The notes under the pieces: model-generated
The model's database searches: none
What the model was told of the DNA's origin: nothing
The model's input: only the letters and a program-made list of their open reading frames with translations
In this document: one piece after another, positions 55,869 through 64,000 of the stretch
Layout of the letters: each line of letters begins with the position of its first letter
How positions within the stretch are numbered: position 1 is the stretch's first letter
Made by a program: the position numbers and the translations under genes
Source: Chrysomallon squamiferum
Lineage: Eukaryota > Animalia > Mollusca
NCBI GenBank assembly: GCA_012295275.1
Contig: CM022669.1
Span: 10,106,001-10,170,000, forward strand
DNA: 64,000 nucleotides
Reading direction: 5' to 3'

Positions 55869-56317
55869 TTATTGTTTCAGATTAGCCAGATCTACGACTG
55901 ACTGATACACGCGAGTTTTCAAGCTGTCCAAGAGATGTGCTCTGATTTGGCATTGTAAACATTATTTTTTTTGAACATTCAAAGTGTTACATACTGCTAA
56001 AAGTTATTTAATTTCAAGGGTAATCTTTGAGATATAAAATTAGCAAAACGCTTAGAAAATAGATTACATCTGATTTATTTATTTATTGACATAGGCTATG
56101 CTTCTACACTCTCATTTTTTAAACTAACTTGAGTGTATTTATTTTGAGTATAATACATTGTCTCAATCTGCCTCAACGCTAACCGTGATAAAGCCATTAT
56201 GTTTTACATTATTTTCGTGTAAATTTTCATTTAACTGTTTTCCAGTCCAACAGAGCCATTTTGTTTGCAAAAACACATATCCTCGCGCTTTTTTTTTTTT
56301 TATAGACTAACAATAAT

Positions 56318-56398
56318 CAGTTTCGTTTTTCTTCATTATACGATTTTACGTTGCTGGTTTTGATTTAAATGTTTATCAGTTTATAAGAGGGGATTTAC
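56318..56398 (-). promoter_or_regulatory. ISRE-like (CAGTTTCGTTTTTC) and kB-like (GGGGATTTAC) motifs upstream of the TIR gene
   Basis: About 450-530 bp upstream of the ATG at 55868; the paralogous position (~63011) has TTTCGTTTTC; chance matches are plausible in AT-rich DNA. Confidence 0.35.
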
Positions 56399-56790
56399 AA
56401 CAGTAGTCAAAATAGACTAGTAATCCTAAACTATTTACGTGGCGCTGTAATAAAATATAATCAGTGTATTGTGAAAACGAATATTTTTAGTTTGTTGATA
56501 TATTTATCATTTGTTTAATAGTTTACAATGTCACTAGTAGCATATAATTCCAGTGACAAAAGTAAGGACAGCGATGATGATGCAGTTAAACAGATATTTC
56601 GTGTACATACAGAGGTTGCTAGAGACCGAATCATTGACGAAGATGAAACGCTGTCGTTTCGATATCATTGATCAATAGTCAAACCAGTCAATGGAAGTGA
56701 AATGCAGCCAGCGAAAGCAACTTGTCTTGAGTTACACAATTATGAGGTGTATTTTCCGAGGACATTATAGTATTTGCATATCTCAGACAT

Positions 56791-56840
<50 letters not shown>

Positions 56841-58330
56841 TTATATTTAATGTATATTTTATTATTGTTGTAATTGTTGTGTCTAGTACATTCGGCTAAA
56901 TTTTCTTTTTATATTTATTTATTTATATTTATTTTTTTATTTCTGTAATATTAAAGATTGTAAAATGCAGAGACACATCACAGATTTTATTATGTAGATT
57001 AAAAGTATTAATAACTGGTTTTGTATTGCCAGGGCAAGTCCTAGCAACATAGGTTAAACTGATTGCCTCATACTGGGAGTTTTCATTAGTTTTGGGAACT
57101 GTATCAGCATGTGACATTAACATATATGACAACTGCTGCCTATAATTTAAGGGAAAATTCTGAGTGAACAAGGATTCCACTCTGGCCCTTGACCTAAAAG
57201 GACCTTAAATAATTGTTAGTGAAAGTAAGCATTTATATATTTGCTTAATAATGGTTTCTCTTATATGTGGTACAGATCAACTCAGATCAGTAATTAATTA
57301 GTTTAGGCTTGTTGCTTTCATTTCAATATATCTGCTAAAAAGAATAATTAATATATATCAAAGATGAGACAATAATTATATTTTAATTTTGGACTTTAAT
57401 TTATTTCGAATATACTAGCGCACAGTTTATTAAATGTCTTGGCATATCTTTAAGAAAAGTGGTTACAATTTATAATTAACTCATCTGTTTTAATTTTCAC
57501 ATGGAAATATATTTAAGAAATAAACATGATTGATACACACAGAGTATTCTCAGTGAACGCAGCTGCCATGTATTCATTATTTCTGTTCAGGTCACAAAAC
57601 TGTTAGTTTGGTGTAAATGTTACTGACATCATTAATTATAATATTGCATGTTTTATATTTATGTGTACTTGTTAATTTATTTGTGCTAGTATCTGTATCT
57701 TTATGATAACTGTCGTTCTTTTCTTTAAATATAAATATTTCAGTGATATTATATTTATGTTTTCAATATATGAATAATAATTACATGAAGTTCATGTGTA
57801 TATGTATTTAAAATGCTAATAAATCTATTAAATGTATAAAGGATTTTTGAAGATTTTTATATAGTGTAATTGGTTCTAATTAACATAGAGCAATAAAAAT
57901 GATTATAGGCAGATGTATCGTATTAGAAATATATAAACATGAAATCAAACCATTAATCTGGTGTCGCCTAGGTCTTAATGTGTTCCTTCAAAAGACAACC
58001 GAAACCCTGGTATTATATAAACAATGAGCTTAAAATTCCAAACTATAGTTAATTGCTTTTCCAAAATATTACTTTTAATACATGAACTGGATGCAATTTA
58101 CATTAACTAGGACTGAATGAACTTCAAGAATTTCTTAAGTGATATAATGATCACCTAGTTTATATTGATAGATTATTTCATTAGTATCAGATTGAGTGGG
58201 ACTATATTAATGTCATTTATAAGTTTCGTATTATGTTATGTTTTCTTGAATATGTGATTACTATATCATATATGATGTAATAATATCCATGGATAAAAAA
58301 GAAAGATGAATTAATCCTTTCACTGTGTAA

Positions 58331-58592
58331 TTAAAAACAGCTTTTACCTGTACTTTCATGCTCTTTTTGCAGATGCTTACCGGTTACATCAACTGAATAT
58401 TTCTCAGCATATTCAAAAAAGGATGGAGACGCCTTGAGACATTCCAGCCAGTTACGAGGTTTGCGACCTTCCATCATCAGATAAAAAATAAATAAATGAA
58501 TACACAAATAAACAAAGAAATAAACAAAGAAATAAATAAGTAAGTAAATAAATTAATTAATTAAAAAGTCATAAGTCTAGCTAAAAAAAACC

Positions 58593-58626
<34 letters not shown>

Positions 58627-61600
58627 GGTCTAGTTCAGTAGTTGTTACAAAAATAAGTACTACAGTAATTACTACTATTATTAGTAATGGTGCAATATCT
58701 TTCTTCAAACACTTTTACTACTACTAGTACAACTATCACTACTATTATTACTTCTATAACTAGTTCTATTATTACTATTATTACTATTACTACAACTACT
58801 ACAACAGTTACTACTACTACTACTATTTCTATTATTAGTATTATTACCACTACCATTACTCCTACAGTTATCACTACTACCACTACAACTAAGAATATTA
58901 CTTATACTACCACTATGGCTATTACTACTACTACATTTACTAACTCCATCACCACCACCATTACTATTACTACTTTCACTACTACTGTTCCTTTTATGTA
59001 ATTTTTTCAGATTAGTTATAAATATAGAGGATGTGATGTTATATGCATCACCTCAGGCCTCACCTCGAACAAGAGGATAAGATGAGAAACGGTTGAGAAA
59101 ATCTGAAGACGGGGACACATAAAACATCAGTCTAATTTAAATGGTGAGAATGCTAAAAGTTTGACAGAAAGGAAACTTGTAAACAGAACAACAATTATAT
59201 AATCTGTCTGTTGGGCATTAATTTTCTTTAGAAAGACCAGCTCAAGAAATAATTAACTGTAGTGGTGATCCACTGCCTAACAAACAGTTCATGTGTCTGT
59301 TTTGAACGAACGTGGCCACACACAATGTAGATAAGAGGATGACAATTTTGCATTGCTTATAAGTGAAAACAAGTTGTGATTTTTTAAATCAATAGCTGTA
59401 TGCCTTGGATGTGTTAAGCATAACCACATGTGCAAAGACTGAAAACTCATATTGAATGTTCAATTTGTCAAGGAAAATTTCAGATACTTCTTCATGTGGG
59501 CATCAAAAGAAAGGCAAATTGAAAGTGTAATGTTATCAAGGTTCACGTGCCTCGTTTCCTTATTAAAGATATAATGAGTAAACTTGGAGCCAATGGTGAA
59601 AAAATATGAAAATTACTCTGTATGCAATTTGTGAACTGTAAACTTGGCTGGATGTTCTGGTATGTTATCCTTAATTCTAACTACAAAGTGAATGAAGAAC
59701 ATTTGCACTCTTCCATGGAAAGAATGTCAATGTGATTGGATATACTGGTTTGCCAACCAATACTGACTTTCCAGAATGAAGGAAAGATGATGATAACAAT
59801 TTGGAGGTGAAGAGATTACAGGTAATAATCTTGTGAATTGGCACCACAGGCTTGAAGATCTAGCAATGATCAATTGTGATAAAAGGAAGTGCTCCTTCAT
59901 GAACAATTTTGTTTTAAAGCACCCTCCTTTCTGAGAAAAAAACAACTGATTTTGGCATACAGTGAAAGAAATTTCTTACAGTGGACCTGCTAATGATCAT
60001 GAACTGTAAATGTATCTGTGGTAAATCGGTCATCAGAAATTATGGATAGATTTATTAATTACTTTTCTTCCATCGATGACACTCAAAAAGATAATTGGTT
60101 GGTTGATAATCGGTAAAGACAGACTTAAATTTTGAATGAACAATTTTGTTAATAAAAGATTCTCATGTGTCATCAGTTATACTGTTATAACATTGTGGGT
60201 CATATGGGAAAAAATTCAGTGCTAGCACATAAAAGACACTGGTTTTATAAAGAAGGTGTAGAAGCACTAGCCAGGCAACTTGTTCCCAAATGTGTAGTAT
60301 GTCATGAGTATAGAGCTAAAGGAAAATAAAATAAAGTGGCTAATCTTCCTACTGATTTATTGACGCCTAATGAACAACCATTCACTAGAGTGGATGCAGA
60401 ATATTTTGGATCTTTTATGAAAAAACAAGAATGCACTGTGATAAGACACTTTGTTGTTATGTTTAGCTGTTCATGATGTTCATGTGGCACTATCAATATA
60501 CCTGCAAAAGAATATTCAGTGGACATTTAATCCTTCTCGTGAATTCCCAGACACAGCTACTACTACTACTATTGTTACTGCTACTACTGAATTACTACTA
60601 CTACTAATACTATTTATAAAATACTGGCATTTTATTGTTACTACTACAAAAACTGCAATTACTATTATACACTATTTGAATACCAGTATTTCTCTCGATT
60701 TGCTCCGCTGAAGAACGCATATCGAGAATGAAATCAGGATCATCATCATATGATATTTTGAACAATCCACACTTTGAACATTCTGACCGATTTATAGAAT
60801 TTTTTTTGTATTGACAAAGATCACATTTCCAGCCTGGAAGAAAAAAATAAATAAATATATATACATATATATACACACTGGCAAACCAGTACATCCAATC
60901 ACATTGACATATATATAATAAAAATAATAAGAAAAAAAAAAAAAAAAAAAAACAAAGAAACAAATGAAAAACAAAACTAAATATATAAATACATTTATTT
61001 TACTTTACTTTAAATGTTTAAAAGTATTTTACTTATTTTTATTTTTATTTAAGATTTTGAATTATCAAAATGTTTTATATTTTTAAATTTGTTATCTTGT
61101 TCTTTACAGAGATACAATATGTAATATAGTATTTTGATAAATCGTTTTTGATTCCATTACGAAAAGTGTTTATTACACGTCAACAGAAAGTTAGCTTGTT
61201 CAATCAGCCCTGCATTAGTACAACAGAAGCTCATACAGATTTGATAGATCCACTAATAACATCTGCTGATCACATACATAATTCTGAAGCTGTGGTCTTC
61301 TTATTTACACAGAAAATTTGCTTTCTTATTTACAAGTGCCCAAATTAATCCCTTGGTAAGGATATAGATGTTGAAAACACTGCTGGAAACCAACTCTCCA
61401 TTGAACGAAACTCGGATCTGATAAAATGTCCCAGAGGAAACTTGTATGGACAAAGATCAAATTTTCCTACAAATATTAACAAAGGTACGACTTCCAGTAA
61501 CCATCATATTTTTATGGTGAGTTAACTAATGAGCTGACCAGCAAAGGAAAGTGAATAATACCTGACTTTCTATCAGTTTCAGTGATCAAAGCTGACACTC

Positions 61601-62231
61601 ACTGGCACCCAAAGATTTAGTCTTGGAGCAATAATTCTCATTTCTTTTGTATATTACAGCTCTTTTTATAAAAGGAAAGTCACAAAAAGAAAGCAGTAAA
61701 AAAAAAAATAATAATAATATGTTTCTATCTTAATTTGTTCCAGCAGATTTGAAGCATTTAATATAGACATGCTCTTTCATTATTTCCAGATTCATCCCTT
61801 CCTTAGGTATGAACTAGCAGCTCAGAAAATCTCGTTTTAAATCCCCAAATTGGATGGTATTTTGTCCTTTTTCTCTCAATACAATAAAATACAGTAAAAT
61901 GACTAATTATAATCTGATTTTTGTAAATCAATCAAGTTTATCCAGAATGAAAAGACCTATATAAATAGGGATAATCAGACATGTTTCAAACCCGCAAGGC
62001 AAAATATAGCTCACCTCACCAACCTATTCTGACAATCATTTGTATGCCATGTGACCTTAACTCTAATTTTAGTTGTAATCAGTTGATCACAGAGACAGGT
62101 GAGCCATTCTCAGATTTAAATACAGTGCCACAGAATTAAGGGTGACCATGACAGGTTGAACAATGGGGCAGGTCAGGCCATTTAACAATTAACCTTATAG
62201 AAATTAGTGTCTTACCATTTTTTGTATCCAC
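58331..62231 (-). pseudogene. Tandem paralog of the TIR gene: exon1 62231-62216 (ATG->GTG), RanBP2-type zinc-finger exon 60833-60684, truncated last exon 58480-58331; TIR exons 3-4 missing
   Basis: Exon 1 and flanks (about 61130-63070) align with 55170-56380. ZnF exon GWKCDLCQYKKNSINRSECSKCGLFK...ERNT is phase 1-1. Last-exon remnant LMMEGRKPRNWLECLKASPSFFEYAEKYSVDVTGKHLQKEHESTGKSCF* aligns with LLMEAGFNADGWL...FDFSGKY...LIKELGSRGKHC*. Confidence 0.8.
59020..60540 (+). mobile_element. Degenerate BEL/Pao LTR-retrotransposon remnant (Gag knuckle to integrase)
   Basis: CLGCVKHNHMCKD knuckle near 59400; NIVGHMG, C..C and KVANLPTD...QPFTRVDAEYFGSF near 60190-60420; homologous to 51635-52050. Confidence 0.7.
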
Positions 62232-62472
62232 TTATTGTTTTAGATTAGACAGATCTGCCATTGACGTTATAGAGCTACTTGATACGGGCGACTATTCAAG
62301 CTGTCCAAGAGATGTTCTCTGATTTAGCACTTTAAACATTGTTTTTCGGAACATTCAACTTCTTACATGCAGCTAAAGATTATTTACTTTGAAATGTAAT
62401 CTCTGTGTTGTAGAATTAAGAAAACGCTTAGAAATAAGATTACATCTGATTTATTTATTTATTTTCTGACAG

Positions 62473-63392
62473 ATGATAAGAACATACCAAAAGAAGGGCA
62501 ATCAAGACTGATGTCAATAGACGTCTTGGAATGTGTTGTAGAGAATGTTATAGAAGGAATATCGCTGCAAAACATAGTTGAAGCTTTTCATGAAAGAAAC
62601 GTTAAGACGTGCTTTTGAGAAAAGGCGACGGGGTCAAGAGTTAAACTCCTTTCCACAAAGCTGTGAGACATGACAACTTATCACAGAAGAAATGGAGGAC
62701 ACATTGACTCGATATATACTAGCAACATCAATTTCCAGCTGCATGGATCGAAAATGGGATAGAAATCATCAACGTTTCTATTATTCCAAGCTGTTGCTCA
62801 GGCTGTGCTTGTGCTCTCTCATTTTTAAAACTAATTTGAGTGTATTTATTATGACTATAATACCTTGTCTCAATTTGTCTCACGTTAACCGTGATAAACT
62901 ATTTTCGTATATATTTTCATTTAACCGTTTTCCAGTCCAACAGAGCCATTTTATGTGCAAAAAGCACATTTTCATGAAATTGTATCAACTTGTCGAGTGA
63001 CAATAAATATTTTCGTTTTCATTTTATCATACAATTTTATGTTGTTGATTTTGATTTAAATGTTTATCAGTTGTTTTCCAAGTTATTTTGAAATAAATCA
63101 TATATTTTGTGCTTATTTAAGAGTGTTTATATTGTAAAAGATGCATTGCCGCAAGATACCCCCAAGGTGACCCAACCGGCCCCAGACGGGTTAGGCTGGG
63201 CCAGTTTGGGTATGTATCATTAACCATTAATTATTAAAAGGGAGTAACAAATGAGGATATTTCAAACATTTGTAATTGCTCCTAAATAATGAAAATTTCT
63301 TTTAATCCATTATAAGGCTTTGTTTTCCGATCTGAACTTGGATTATAGGTTAAAATGTCTAAACTGACTCAACCTGTCCCGGTCTCCACTAC
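62473..63392 (+). mobile_element. Decayed pogo/Tigger-like (HTH_psq/CENP-B-type) DNA transposon
   Basis: Frameshifted MIRTYQKKG / SIDVLECVVENVIEGISLQNIVEAF / KETLRRAFEKRRRG / LITEEMEDTLTRYIL; terminal-like aacctgtcccggtctccactac at about 63371-63392 and a subterminal palindrome at about 63170-63205. Confidence 0.5.
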
Positions 63393-64000
63393 AATGAATA
63401 AAAATGATTATGGTGGTGGGAGGGATTGTATATTTCCCCCCCTCTTTTATGCAGCAGTACTGTCTCATGTAAAGAAATAGGAGATCATGCTTCAATGTAA
63501 AGGCACCATTGTAGGCAAACTTCGTGATAAACAGAAGGACCTGGCTACCAGATTATTATCGAACATTATCAAGCCAGATGCTTTGAAAGAGCTGATTGCC
63601 AAGAGGCTTTAGGCCTGTATGTCTCTGATTTATAAAAAAATTATTAGTCTACTTTAAATATATCATATCTTATCATACAGATAATAATTCTATTCTTCTC
63701 TCACCCCGCTGGGTATGTTGGGTGGGTGAAAATAAAGACAAATGTCTGAAAGAAATTCACAGTTGTTTATTTAAAACGTTTCTTGAATGCAGTGGATTGC
63801 TGCTGGCAGATCTTTTGACCAAACAGAACGAGTCTCTAGAAAATACTGATGTGATGGAATGTTAGAAAAATGTGAACTTCTCGTACGACGAAATAGTGAA
63901 TGAATTGTTGTGGAAAATATTAGTCTTTTGGGGAAATTTTTATTTTTTCTAACCACCTAAATTAATTAATTAATTCGCTGTTTATGACTACATGAGTAAT

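Noticed and set aside
61440-61470. About 25-bp similarity to the start of the ZnF exon, inside a ~420-bp block unique to the paralog's intron 1
   Set aside because: Similarity does not extend and no Cys pattern is retained; could be chance
63480-63956. Short open frames at the right edge (EIMLQCKGTIVGKLRDK...; ORF 63771-63956)
   Set aside because: No recognisable motif or complete exon structure within the window
1-64000. tRNA, rRNA, snoRNA or prokaryotic defence systems
   Set aside because: None recognisable by eye; the sequence is a spliceosomal-intron eukaryotic locus. A covariance-model scan would be needed to exclude small RNAs.

Overview
AT-rich, microsatellite-rich, intron-dense animal DNA (invertebrate; mollusc-like is an inference from gene content and repeats). 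Left half: ATR on the minus strand. I traced 57 coding exons (32688 down to 478, about 2,226 codons, N-terminus/HEAT/FAT); the kinase domain lies beyond the left edge. ATR is head-to-head with an archaemetzincin gene whose CDS is a single exon (34987-36148). Right half looks like an innate-immunity cluster. It has two near-identical GIMAP/AIG1 GTPases (+) with ISRE/IRF-like promoters, a remnant of a third, and a tandem array of four promoter+micro-exon-1 cassettes feeding one GIMAP body. It also has a complete 5-exon TIR-only gene (-) that keeps the putative NADase glutamate and is only partly visible in the ORF track. Its decayed tandem paralog carries a RanBP2-type zinc-finger exon instead of the acidic linker exon. 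TE fossils: a Buster/Charlie hAT with an intact 8-bp TSD, BEL/Pao integrase remnants, a pogo-like remnant and foldback MITEs. Single-base frameshifts in ATR, AMZ and GIMAP-2 may be assembly errors. All calls are from manual reading; no database searches were run.
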